The position numbers and the translations under genes are program-made. Below the pieces are notes generated by a model. That model did no database searches and was not told the origin of the DNA. It saw nothing but the letters and a program-made list of their open reading frames with translations. A DNA stretch of 64,000 nt from Octopus bimaculoides (Eukaryota), in assembly GCF_001194135.2 (NCBI RefSeq), contig NC_068982.1, positions 93,361,557 through 93,425,556 on the forward strand. Direction: 5' to 3'. Below are positions 48,749-61,066 of this stretch, one piece after another. How positions within the stretch are numbered: the first letter of the stretch is position 1; each line of letters starts with the position of its first letter.

Positions 48749-51700
48749 GTTTTATGTCCATCGACTCGATAATGACTAATCATGTCACCCAAGTAATTTT
48801 GACAGTGTGTTCTGGTAATTAAGTAATCTTCTAATAATTAATCAACGAGTGGTGTGTTGGCAGTTGATAAAAGTGTCATCTTCACTACCGCTTATTGAGC
48901 TTTCCCTTGCTTCTTTGCAAAGCAGCAGCACTACTGTACGCCTTGCAGAACTCATTGCATCCGATCCATGGTGCCACAAAATATAATAAATAATTTTTAA
49001 GATTTAGAATGTCTTTTCACTTGTTTGTTAATATCTCTAAGATATGAAGTGTGAAAATAGTTCAAGTGTTTGGCGTGACGTTAGTAATGCAGTTCACGTT
49101 TCATTAACGTGGAGTGGAGAATTTGCAGGTACAATTTCTCTAAACTTTAGGCTTTTCTGTTGTAGACAGTGCCATGTAATCTATGCACCCTTTCTATTTT
49201 GCTGTCCACCTTAAAAATTACATTCTGTGACAATGTACTGCTACACATACTTTGGCTGTATACTATAACTAAATAACCCAGTCTTTTTATTGACATATGT
49301 TTTTTGGGGTGGAGTGGGATCCAATTTCTTATCCAGTAGTTGCTTGTTTGCATCACATTTTCCGTCAAACTAGTCCTTCTGCGTATGTAGAAGATTAGCG
49401 CTTTGAAAGTTCATATCATTATTATATTATTATATCAAGCTCGCCCAGAGGAGTGAGTTCCATGTGTTCTCTCATGGTGCTAGAAAAAGACCATCGGGTG
49501 GTAGCTTTTTTCATTTTGGAAATGTTACGTATAAGATCATGATGACGGTGTCCTGTCTAGCAGATAGCACTGTACAAAGGACTTAATCAACATTAGTCGT
49601 GAACACAGGTACTTCAATTGAGAGTTAAAACTGTGTTGATGATAAGTAACACAAGTCTGAAGCAGTAGAAGATTTGACTAGCGTATTTCCCAGTAAACCC
49701 CATCACAAAAAGTTGTTAAGTGAACTTCTCTTTCAATGAAATCACCGAAAACAATACGTTTGCTTTTGAGAGAGGAAATGGCAGCAAAGTTCCTCACAGA
49801 ATTTGACATATATTTAATCGTAAATAGCAACAGCTAGAGTTCAAATAATGTTGGTGGAAAATCACCACCTTTCAAATTGTAAGGGCAAATTTATGGCCCT
49901 TTAAAAGCCTAATTAGCTTGGCAACAAAAGCCACTCTCACTGTAACGTCAACAATAGTCTCATGTTTTTCGTCAGTCTTCACCAATATCTTGAAATCATA
50001 AGTCACTGAGAACAGTTATATAAATTGAGAGGTAATCGAGCAGCATAGCTACCTTTGTTACAGGCAATTTAATTCATTCGGTTCGTGCATTCCACTAGGC
50101 TAATGTTAGAAATTTAATATTCTTCATGGAGATTTCTTGTTCCGTCAGTATGACTGTATGAGTGACCAGTCACCTGCTATTGATAACAAATTTGATAGGT
50201 GAATGAAATGTTTAGGATACTTTTTGTTGTCACTCCCTAGCTAAAAAAAGGAATTCGGTACTTGAGGTAAAGAAGTTGTTTCGTTGTTGCCAGAAAGCAT
50301 ATGGCATTCTAGCATTTACATCTCTTTCACGAAGTAGCATTCCTTAAGTGACAACCTTAAAGATATATTCAAACAGGAGACAACCAGCAACACATCAAGT
50401 AGTCTTCATCGTTAATTAATTTATCCATAAGGTTTAGTGACCTGTGAGTGTAATTCTAGGTTAATCCTGACTGAATAGACTGTGATCAATGACATTCCAG
50501 TTATGACCATTCCGTCCTTGAGTCGGGCTTTGTATATCCAGGACTACAATTACTTAATCCATCTCTTTTTCAAAATGGTATGATACAAACTAAGGAAAAT
50601 TTGGCTGCTATTACTGCAAACTTGAACGAGTCAATGTGGGGAACCTTTACGGTATTTTGCCAGTGTGAACTAATACAACTCTCGAATAAGCTCTGGTAAT
50701 TCTTGGATACAGCACCCAACTTCCCTTCATATTGCACCCTACGGTCTTTAGGGAAAAAAAGCATGTTTTACAGCACTTTTGTTATCAAATAAGGATAATA
50801 TGTGTCGACATATGTACATACACATTTTTGGGTGAACCTATAATCGAGATTTTCCATTTTTAATCAATAAAAGCTGCTGATTACAGGAATTAATCGAAAA
50901 TGATTGCTGATAATTAATATACGAAAGCTTATTTTATCGGCTGCAATAAGCAATTCAACATTCCAGCACAGTACCTGTTGTAATCAACAATATTTTAAGG
51001 ACTCTTTCAGCCAATATTTATAGTATATGGGGCCTCAGTCACCGAAAGACGGTTTCCATGATATACTAAAAAGAAAGAAAAAAAAAAAGCTTGCGTGTTT
51101 TACCGGTGGAAAGTCTGTTAAAACATTTTTTTTTTTGCGAAAGCCTAGCACGTGTCTGTAATAAATTTTGTACTACATTTTTTAAAACAAGTTTTCTCGT
51201 TTATCAGGTCACTCTGTTAGAAGTTTTATACTAAGTAGCAATTTTAGACGAACATATTATTTATTTGTTTTATGAAACAACATATTCTCTTGAACAGAAC
51301 TACCACATTAATATACTAACTGTGGTTAGCTTGGTAAACTTGATATTTCTGTCATAGCATGACTTACTTTCAAGTGTACCGAGGGAAAAAGAATAGAAAA
51401 ATCAATTTGAAGAGGCACCTGTGTAAAAGAAAACATTAAAGCTGATACTGTACATTAAGTTTGTCAAATAAGAAAATTGACAAATGTGAAACTTCAAGCC
51501 AGAGGTGCGAGAAGTAATGTGATGAGAATTTATCACATCAAATTATTTCAAACGGAAGGAATGTGTATGTGTGTGTGCGGGAGTGTTACAAACACATAAG
51601 GTGAGATCACACATATTTTCTCATTATATCATATAACAAAAGTTAACTCTGTTTTATTCTTTCACCAGTCTATATATAAACTGGATGTTGTAAGCCAAAA

Positions 51701-51842
51701 CAATTCATAATTTATGAGAACACTTGTTGAATGCTTTGGTTAAAAAGAAAAAAAACACTTCGCTAAAGGCTAATTATGGTGTACCCTGTCGTATCATTGA
51801 ACGTGCGTGTGTGTGCGTGCGCGCGTGCACAAGCGTGCTTAC

Positions 51843-51935
51843 CATACGTCCCTGTGTCTCGTCCAGTTAGTAAATTTTTCCCATTTGACATTGAAATTTC
51901 TCAAAATGTCTCAGTTGTTCATCAAGATTTGAGTT
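51843..51935 (-). CDS. Candidate first coding exon of an unidentified host gene (MSNGKNLLTGRDTGTY...)
   Basis: Minus-strand acceptor TTTTAGCTTTTCCTTCCTAG, donor ATG|GTAAGC, and an open frame from an internal ATG to the donor. No homology recognised. Confidence 0.35.
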
Positions 51936-52199
51936 CTAGGAAGGAAAAGCTAAAACTGTTGAAATCAGCAAGGAGTCCTAACGCTGCCGTACACGACTCA
52001 GATACAAACATACTCATATCATACATAGCTCAGTTTTAGCCTAGCGCTACCAAAGATCCACAGAGTGTGTGACATATCAAAATCGTAATAGCACACTATC
52101 AAGCCACAAGCAAACAAGTATTGTAGTTTAGACGTTTTGTTTATCACTGAATTCCGGGAGTAAAATTGATCTTCCTGCGATTCAAAATATGTAGTACAG

Positions 52200-52340
52200 C
52201 TGGTACGGTACCTTAGCATGTTCTAACTCTCCAACTGTTTCAAGCTCAGAATATTATTGAAAGAGCGAAAAAGATGTACGTTGCACATAAAGAAAATTAA
52301 GTATGTATGTAACCGGAAATAAAAGTTGATTGTGAGTAAA
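52200..52340. promoter_or_regulatory. Candidate divergent promoter region
   Basis: Local CpG enrichment, ETS-like ACCGGAAAT at ~52312, outward-facing donors (- AAG|GTACCG at 52211; + ATT|GTGAGT at 52332), next to the CpG boundary. Confidence 0.3.
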
Positions 52341-52749
52341 TACTTGTGACTTAGCTGGAGTTTTCTATTGCTTTTCCTTATTAAAGTATTGTGTAATGAA
52401 ACTGGTTCATTCTTTTTGAATAACCTTGTACTTTAGAATTGCTCATTCAATATAGTACTTTTGAAGATTTGCTGTTAGGGAGTTATTTTCTTGGCAGAGT
52501 GGTCCTTCTTCATTCTTTATCTCATAAGAACTTTTCTTTCCCTGAGAGTTTTGTGTGCAGGCTGGCTTTTCTTTCAGTGCCACAAATTTTATGCATATAG
52601 CTAACATTACTGACATCAGTAATTTAGGTTTTATGCTGATGTCCGGTGTAGAGAGTGAGACATTTATGTCAAGTGTGTTCAAAGATCTCTTTCTGTATAA
52701 GTTTCCACTTTGCTTTGTGGAAGTTCAAATTGGAAAGAGTGAGGGTGCT

Positions 52750-53600
52750 TATTATGTATAGGTTGCATATCTGCAGCTTCCTTTGACAGCCCTACTATAC
52801 TATGATCTGAAACTTATGTTGATGGCACTTTCACATTATGGATGAATTCCATATAATTTGTGAAGCAAAGACCCAATTTTTTACCTAGCTTTCATCAGTC
52901 ATTACATGCCTGTACCAAGACAGTCAGCTCTCTTACACATTTCATGTGATTCCTCTTATAACCAATTTTTTTTCAGCTCATCTTAACTATATTGTTCATG
53001 TAAATTACAATTAAACATCCAGTGGAACATACTTGTTCCATTTCTTTCCAGCTTTCATATATTCCCTGCATTCAACACTCCTGTCTCACTAGTATACAGT
53101 ATCAATGTTCATCCACAAAACATTGTAATTGCCCAGAAGAGAGAATTAACAAGGAGAAAGTTTCCTGGACTTTTTCATTTTTTTCCTGTTTAGTATGATC
53201 TCAGAATAATCTCTTCCACTGTTCATTAGGTCACCTGTTTATATAGAGATTTCTAAAAATTGAAGGAATTTAATTTACTGCAGCTCTTACTGCTGATTAC
53301 TCCTGTATACCTACCACAGATACTTTATTCACTGTCTTTCATTGCCTCTGGTACACCCATATATTGATTACACTGATTACATCATTAGGAATTTCTACCA
53401 CTCCATTCTGCATATCAAATACTACTTTTTCCACATTGGCTGCAGTGTTCCATCTTTTCTACTTCTTGAATTTTATTCTTTGCTAAGAAGTTGCATGTTA
53501 TTTCTTAAAGAAGATATTTCAAGTCTTGAATTTCTTCTCTAAGTTTTTCACAATCTCTTATAAATCCTGGATCATCAGCATATAAAATTTCTTCTGTGTG
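52750..53600 (-). mobile_element. Old RTE LINE relic (RT motif 5 to C-terminus)
   Basis: Minus-strand ILYADD (YADD at 53571-53582); LYTSETGVL, KLERNGTSMFHWMFN and LSWYRHVM parallel the 59690-59900 region. Confidence 0.7.
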
Positions 53601-54533
53601 TGTGTGTGTGAAAGAGAGAGAGAGAGAGAGGCTCATTGTTTTCAGATTATTTAAAAGTTTTCAACGAATGCCACTATCATACAAGTCACTTGTTTCCATT
53701 CGTCAATGAAAACACGTTCGGCTTTTGCACTACTCATGTTCAAAGGACTAGTAGAAATATTGCCTTGTTTAGAAATAGCTGAAGATTAGCAACAGGAAGG
53801 CATCTGGCACAGAAAATCCATCTTAACAAAGTTCATCTAACCCATGCAAGTGGATGTTAAGATGACAATGAGGATGATGATGATGGATAGATGGATATTA
53901 AATCAAAGCATCAAAAATTATGTTGTATCTTGCAGCATTTGTTCAAATCCTGCCTAGGTCAACTTCCAAACTTTTGAGTAGGTTAATTGGTAGTAGATTG
54001 CTATAGTGTTATATATAAAAATTATAATTTTTTTTTTGTTTTATTCTTTCTATCAAAGTTGTTACAATATCTTAAGTATATCATACTGCACTGAAAATTA
54101 GCTTTTGTTTTCGACTTAACAAACAGATCACTTCTATTCTTAAGTAGAAATTCAATTTCATTCTGTGAACTCTAGTTTCTGTGTCAACAAAGATCTCACC
54201 ATATCAATGTAGAAGTTCATACTATCCTCTTTACTTTACATCCACAAGCTACAAACACTTATAATAACCTCTCTTCAAATGTACAGTCATTTATTAAGTT
54301 CACTCACCTCCTAATTGCTTGAACTGCAAATTATATAGAATACTTTTAAAAAGTGCTTATGCCTTAACTATTATTTCTCTCAATGTTGACTTCTACTGTA
54401 TTTATAAATAATCCCATTCTAACTTGTAACATGAAAGAGAAAAAAATGCTGCATTTAGATGTTGCTTACATTTTGGAAAAGGCTTTCTCCAATCTCTTTA
54501 ACTTGATGAATTTTCCTCTATATCTCTAGTCTT

Positions 54534-54899
54534 TGTTGGAAACCTCATGTGCTGAACATTACTAAATATGCCAGGAAGATATTTAACTATTTATTCAAGC
54601 CTCACTATTTCACTTATTACCAACTGCTTATTTTTAACTGTTAATATGATATTAAAAAACTGATCAACTATGGAATCCTACTTACATAACTAAAATGGAG
54701 AAAAATTAGTCATTTCTGTTGGAAACCTCATGTGCTGAACATTACTAAATATACCAGGAAGATATTTAACTATTTATTCGAGTCTCACTATTTCACTTAT
54801 TACCAACTGCTTACTTTTAACTGCTAACATGATATTAAAAAGCTGATCAACTATGGAATCCTACTTACATAACTAGAATGGAAAAAATTAGTCATTTTT
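54534..54899. repeat. Tandem duplication, 183-bp period, two units
   Basis: GTTGGAAACCTCATGTGCTGAAC starts at 54535 and 54718; few substitutions between units. Confidence 0.9.
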
Positions 54900-55293
54900 G
54901 GGACATTCCTAGAATTTAGTTTAACACAAAAAAAAAGTTATATATATTTCACAGCCACTATCCATTGTTACCATGACACCGCATTTAAAATAACTGCGTT
55001 GTAACCAGATGGCAGTAGTATTACTCTGACAACATTGCTACTGTGACCAAATAACTCTAGTTTTGAACCTTCTTTGCTTACATTACAAGCTACATATTTT
55101 CAAACCTATCTTGCTTATATCTGTATCCCAGTATTGAAATATATAAACATCACAATACTTATTAAAAAATCTCACCACTATTTTCTACAAGTTTTCTCTG
55201 TTAACTGAAAATTTTATCACTTTATTAGGAATTTTTGGAATATTCAACTTTATCTTTTTCATGTATGCTCTTTTATTCTTTCATCTCTTCTAG

Positions 55294-55326
55294 GCCATGG
55301 GCTGTGGCTATGATGGAGTGCCATTG
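55294..55326 (+). CDS. Candidate 33-nt exon of an unidentified host gene
   Basis: Strong acceptor CTCTTTTATTCTTTCATCTCTTCTAG, GC-richer GCCATGGGCTGTGGCTATGATGGAGTGCCATTG, donor GTAAAA; reads AMGCGYDGVPL or PWAVAMMECH. Confidence 0.45.
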
Positions 55327-55694
55327 GTAAAAATTATGACCAGTATTTTGTTACACGCAAATGTGTAAAATTTATATCAAAAATAAAATTAATTAGCAAT
55401 TAATGTTATATATTATAATGTTAGTTGACTGTTACTGTTGAGCCCCAAGCTATCCTTGATTCAACAGACTTATAATCGCAGATGCTCCAATCATGACCAA
55501 CCTGAATGTTTTGTATATCCAGAACAACATTATTCAATGTTTCATTTCTCTTTTTAAAACAATAATTTATCTTATTAGATTTGGCTTCTATTTCTAGCAG
55601 ATTGAGGTAATTGTGGGAAGATGAAGTGCAGAATTGCTTAAGCCCATTACTGAATTTGTAAAATTTAAAAGATTGAGTATATTTCTCAATACAG

Positions 55695-55910
55695 AAGGCA
55701 GCGAGCTGGCAGAATAATTAGCATGCCAGGCAAAATGGTTAATGGTGTTTCACCTGACTTTATGTTTTGAGTTCATATGTCACTGGGGTTGACTTTGCGT
55801 TTCATCATTTTGAGGGCAATAAAATAAGTATCCATCGAACACTGGAGCCCATGTAATCAACTTATCCCCTTCCCTGAACTTGTTGGCTTTGTGCCAACAT
55901 TTGAAACCAA
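55695..55910 (+). mobile_element. SINE family A, CpG-decayed copy
   Basis: Family CpGs appear as TG/CA (ACGCCGG>ATGCCAG, TACGTT>TATGTT, GGTCGAC>GGTTGAC, ATCGAC>ATCAAC). Confidence 0.8.
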
Positions 55911-56419
55911 TATTTCTCAACACATAGATACTCCCTTCCTCAGGACCTTATGCACTTGCAATTCACCTTTTTTTCTGCTCAAAGGTTTCCCCATCTCTAG
56001 TGCATTGGTTCCTCTTTGCCTCAGTTTCCTTAGTTAGATGATATCAATATGTAACATAATTTCCCATTGGTCTTCAGTATTTTGTCTTTATCAACAATTA
56101 AAAGTTATTATGAAAGAAATAATTAATAATGAATGTTCTGTGTCAGTGCCATAGCATTTAAAATGAGGATAGAAAGTAAGTTGTCTATTATTAATAAATG
56201 GCGACTTATTTCTTCCAAAGTAAGAAATAAACTAACAAAAGAAATATAGAAACACATTATTTTTATACTGTCTCATCTGCTTAATGTGATGATTAGGGTC
56301 ATTCTCATAATTTCTGTTAACAACTGAAGGAATGTGCCTGTTTGTTAAGATTTTGCGATTGCAATAGAAAGATTACTAGCAAGAGGATACCAACCATCAT
56401 CACTTTTTATATCAGTAAG

Positions 56420-56836
56420 AGTACCATCCAAGTGTGATCGTTGCCAGAGCACCAGCTGTCTGGTTTCTGTGCCGGTGGCACATAAATAGCACCATTTGAG
56501 CGAGATCGTTACCGTCACCATCCTGGCACATGAAAAGACATTCGAGCGAGTTTGTTGTCAGTGCCGCTGAACTGGCTCCTGTGCAGGTGGCACGTAAAAT
56601 ACACCATTTCGAGTGTGGCTGTTGCCAGTACCTCCTGACTGGCCTTTGTGCCGGTGGTACGTAAAAGCAGCCACAACACTTTCAGAGTGGTTGAAGTTAG
56701 GAAGGGCATCCAGCTGTAGAAACTCTGCCAAATCAGATTGGAGCCTGGTGTAGCCATCTGGTTCACCAGTCCTCAGTCAAATCTAAAAACCCATGCTAGC
56801 ATGGAAAGCGGATGTTAAACAATGATGATGATGATA
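56420..56836 (+). mobile_element. RTE 3' UTR-only copy with (GAT)n tail
   Basis: Colinear with 60405-60824, including hairpin units, the GGAAGGGCATCCAGC domain and the tail. Confidence 0.85.
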
Positions 56837-57976
56837 ACTAATGGATCTGTCTGTCTCTAAGATGTGAAAGAGGATTCACAAGAATACCAATAAATATGAT
56901 TGAGTACCAATAAATGCAAGAGGGATGGAATATTTAACCCTTTAGTGTTCAAATTACTCTGCTAAATGTAAAACTTATACATATTGTTTTGAATTAATCC
57001 TGTATTGTCTTATACCTGTTATTTGTGTGTGTGTGCATTTGATTTGAGGGAGATTAGGCTTCTAATTCTTCTGCATCTAGCAACAATTGGCTCTAAATAT
57101 ATTTTCACTCTGCCTACAAAGGAAATGTAATTTTCATGACAAAGCAAATAAAATCAAAGAAAAAAAAAAATACACAAACACAAAAAAATTTTCAGCGATA
57201 AGCTTTATTTCTATTTTAATAATGCATTTTCTTACCCTTATGAAGGTAAGAATTAATATCAAAGAAATTTGTTAATCATTTATATGAATGTAGTTCATAT
57301 TTTATAAAGTAAAAAAAAAAAAAACATTTGTAAATTCTATATGTGTTCCAAACCCTAAATTACTCAAGAATATCAAAATCATAGAAAACTAGATGGAGAA
57401 TTCTCTTGGAGTATTCTTGTTTTCATACATATATTCTTCGTTGTTTGAGTATTGAAATTAGGTCAAATCTACTTTTAGTTTTTCATGCTGTTTACTAATC
57501 TCTTTATCACATTGTTTGCATGTAGAAACAGTCAACTTTTCAAACAAGGAAAGAAACAGGTCATACTTTCTCAAAACAATCATGTTACACTAGTAACAGA
57601 ATTCTTCAGCTTTTTGCCAAGTTTCTAATAGGAAAGATTTGTGTTTATGACTGTCATTAGAATGATGTTGATTATGTTGATGATGGTGATTATGTTCATC
57701 ATGGTGATGATGATAATGATGACAATTTCTGTTTAAGACAAGGGCAATCAATAACTAATAAAGTGGGTGCCAGTATATACGATATACCAAGCCAAGAAGT
57801 TAATGTCACACCCTTAATGATAATAATTTTCTATGACTAATTCTGGTTTAAAAAGGCAGGAGAAGACAACCCTTAAAGATATGAGTGTGTGCATGAGTGT
57901 GTGTAAATTATGTATAGGAATATAAATATATCTATATATATGTATATATATTTGTGTGTGTATATANNNNNNNNNN

Positions 57977-58031
<55 letters not shown>

Positions 58032-58069
58032 TATTTTTAAATATGTATATAAGTATATATATGTGTATA

Positions 58070-60824
58070 TTAGTCAAAAGAAACAGGCTTGGAAGGACTA
58101 GAAGAACAGAAGTAGCAGGGAATTGTATCAGACTGCCAGAAGGGTAGCTAGGAGACAGGTTTATTTAGCCAGAGGGGAAGCAGATAAGAAAAACTTTGCC
58201 AATGTTCTGCGCCGTGAGGACCAAAAACTTGAAGTATTTTGTGTTGCAAGACAGTGTGTGAGAGAGAATCATGATGTCTTAGGAGAGAAATGTGTCTGCA
58301 TGGATGATGGCTCATTTGTACTAAACAAGGCTGCAAAGAGAGAAGTTTGGAGATGCCACTATGAAGGGTTGCTTAATAAAGAAAATGAATGGGAGGACGA
58401 GAGTCTACCGCATGTCGACCCAACAGAGTGACCAGCTATCCCGATTGACAGTACCTTGGTAGATAAAGCGATCAAGAGTATGAAAACAGGAAAAGCCCCC
58501 AGCCCATCAGGAATCACTGCAGAGATGCTCGAAAATATCTGGCAGTGTCAGCTATAGCCTAGTCACCCTTATAGTTAACCAGGTGATACACGGAGTCATA
58601 CCCAATGACTGGTGTAGTAGCACCATAGTCAGCTGCTACAAAGGTAAAGGTGACGCTTTAGACACAAACAATTACAGAGGTATCAAATTGTTGGACCAGG
58701 TAATGAAGGTCACTGAGAGGGTCATGGCCCAACTAATTAGGGAGAGAGTCAGCTTAGATAAGATGCAGTTTGGATTTGTGCCAGGGAAAAGCACCACTGA
58801 TGCTATATTTCTGGTAAGACAGCTGCAGAAGAAATACCTAGCCAAAGATAAACCTCTGTACCTGGCTTTCGTTGACATGGAGAAAGCCTTTGACAGGGTC
58901 CACCGATCCCTTATCTGGTGGTCAATGAAGAAACTAGGGATAGATGAATGGTTAGTGAGAGCTGTGCAAGCCATGTACAGGGATGCTGTCAGTAAGGTGA
59001 GGGTTGGCAACGAGTACAGTGAAGAATTCCGGGTAATGGTAGGGGTCCACCATGGTTCAGTACTGAGCCCCCTCCTATTTATCATAGTCCTCCAGGCAAT
59101 AACACTGGAATTCAAGACGGGATGCCCCTGGGAGCTCCTCTATGCTGATAACCTTGCCCTAATTGCTGAGTCACTATCAGAACTAGAGGAGAAATTTCAG
59201 GTGTGGAAGCAAGGACTAAAATCAAAGGGCCTTAGAGTCAACCTAGATAAAACCAAAGTCCTAATAAGTAGGAGGATAGACAAAACACAAACCCCTTCAG
59301 GTAGATGGCCCTGCTCGATCTGTAGAAAAGGCGTAGGTAGAAACTCCATAAGCTGTACCCAGTGTAAGCTATGGACACATAAGAGGTGCAGCAATAAAAA
59401 AGGAAGGCTAACTAGGAAGTTAGTTTTTGTATGTGGCAGATGCTCAGGAGCAATACACACTGAAAATGTGCAGAAAACAACCTTTGCTACATTCCAGGGA
59501 GAAAAACTAGAAGTAGTTGATAGCTTCCGCTATCTAGGTAACCGAGTTTGTAGCGGGGAGGGTGCGCTGAAAGTGTAGCTGCTAGAATAAGAATAGCCTG
59601 GGCAAAGTTCAGAGAGCTCTTACCTCTGCTGGTGACAAAAGGCCTCTCACTCAGAGTAAAAGGCAGACTGTATGATGCATGTGTACAAACCATGCTACAT
59701 GGCAGTGGAACATGGGCCGTGACTGCCGAGGACATGCATAAGCTTGCAAGAAATGAAGCCAGTATGCTCCAATGGATGTGTAATGTCAGTGTGCATACTC
59801 GACAGAGTGTAAGTACCTTGAGAGAAAAGTTAGACCTAAGAAGTATCAGTTGTGGTGTGCAAGAGAGACGATTGTGCTGGTATGGTCATGTAGCAAGAAT
59901 AGATGAGGATAGCTGTGTGAAAAAGTGCCACACCCTAGCGGTTGAGGGAACCTGTGGAAGAGGTAGATCAAGGAAGACCTGGGATGAGGTGTTGAAGCAC
60001 GACCCTTGAACTTTAGGCCTCACCGAGGCAATGACTAGTGACCGGGACCTTTGGAAATATGCAGTACATGAGAAGACCCGGCAAGCCAAATGAGAGCATA
60101 ATCTGTGGCTTCTGCTAGAAGTGTAGCCAGCTCACTTATTCGTATCTTTACTTCAACGACTGGCACCCATGTCAACCTCTCCTTCATTGGACACTAAACT
60201 CTGCTTGCGAAGGCCTGTTGAGGCAAGTGAATTGAAATCAAAATCAAACCAAATTCAACGACTGGCACCCATGCCAACCTCTCCTTCATTGGACACTAAA
60301 CTCTGCTTGCGAAGACCTATTGGGGCAAGTGAAATCAAAATCGAAATTGAACCATATTCGATGACCGGCACTTGTGCCAGTGGAGCACTAACAGCACCGT
60401 CGGAGCATGATCATTGCCAGAGCAGCGTTCTGGCTTCCGTGCTAGTGGCACGTAAACAGCACCATTTGAGCTTGGTCATTGCTAGTGTTGCCTTACTAGC
60501 ACTTGTGCCGGTGGCACGTTAGAAAATCATTCAAGTGAGGTCGTTGCCAGTGCCGTTGGACTGGCTCCTGTGCAGGTGGCACATAAAAAACACCATTTTG
60601 AGCCTGGCCGTTGCCAGTACCACGTGACTGGCCCTTATGCCTGTGGCACGTAAAAGCAGCCACTACACTCTCGGAGTGGTTGGTGTTAGGAAGGGCATCC
60701 AGCTGTAGAAACTATGCCAGATCAGATTGGAGCCTGGTGCAGCAATCCGGTTCACCAGTCCTCAGACAAATCGTCCAACCCATGCTAGCATGGAAAGTGG
60801 ATGTTAAACGATGATGATGATGAT
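58070..60824 (+). mobile_element. 5'-truncated RTE-clade LINE with full 3' UTR and (GAT)n tail
   Basis: KAIKSMKTGKAP, YKGKGD...NYRGIKLL, QFGFVPGKSTTDAIF, FVDMEKAFDRV, GVHHGSVLSPLLF, LLYADN, RIAWAKFRELL, RRLCWYGHV, GRGRSRKTW; no endonuclease domain. Confidence 0.95.
58583..59578 (+). pseudogene. RTE reverse transcriptase, inactivated, with inserted C4HC3 finger
   Basis: YADD>YADN at 59141-59152; stops at 58429 and 60007; frameshifts near 58535, 59545 and 59690. Confidence 0.9.
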
Positions 60825-61066
60825 ATATATATATATATATATATATANNNNNNNNNNNNNNNNNNNNNNNNNNNNNNNNNNNNNNNNNNNNNNNNNNNNN
60901 NNNNNNNNNNNNNNNNNNNNNNNNNNNNNNNNNNNNNNNNNNNNNNNNNNNNNNNNNNNNNNNNNNNNNNNNNNNNNNNNNNNNNNNNNNNNNNNNNNNN
61001 NNNNNNNNNNNNNNNNNNNNNNNNNNNNNNNNNNNNNNNNNNNNNNNNNNNNNNNNNNNNNNNNNN

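Noticed and set aside
58672-59460. Minus-strand ORFs of 147 and 87 aa
   Set aside because: Antisense shadows of the RTE RT frame.
60405-60655. CRISPR-like repeat-spacer array
   Set aside because: Units are degenerate along their whole length, lie in a LINE 3' UTR of a eukaryotic sequence, and no cas genes are present.
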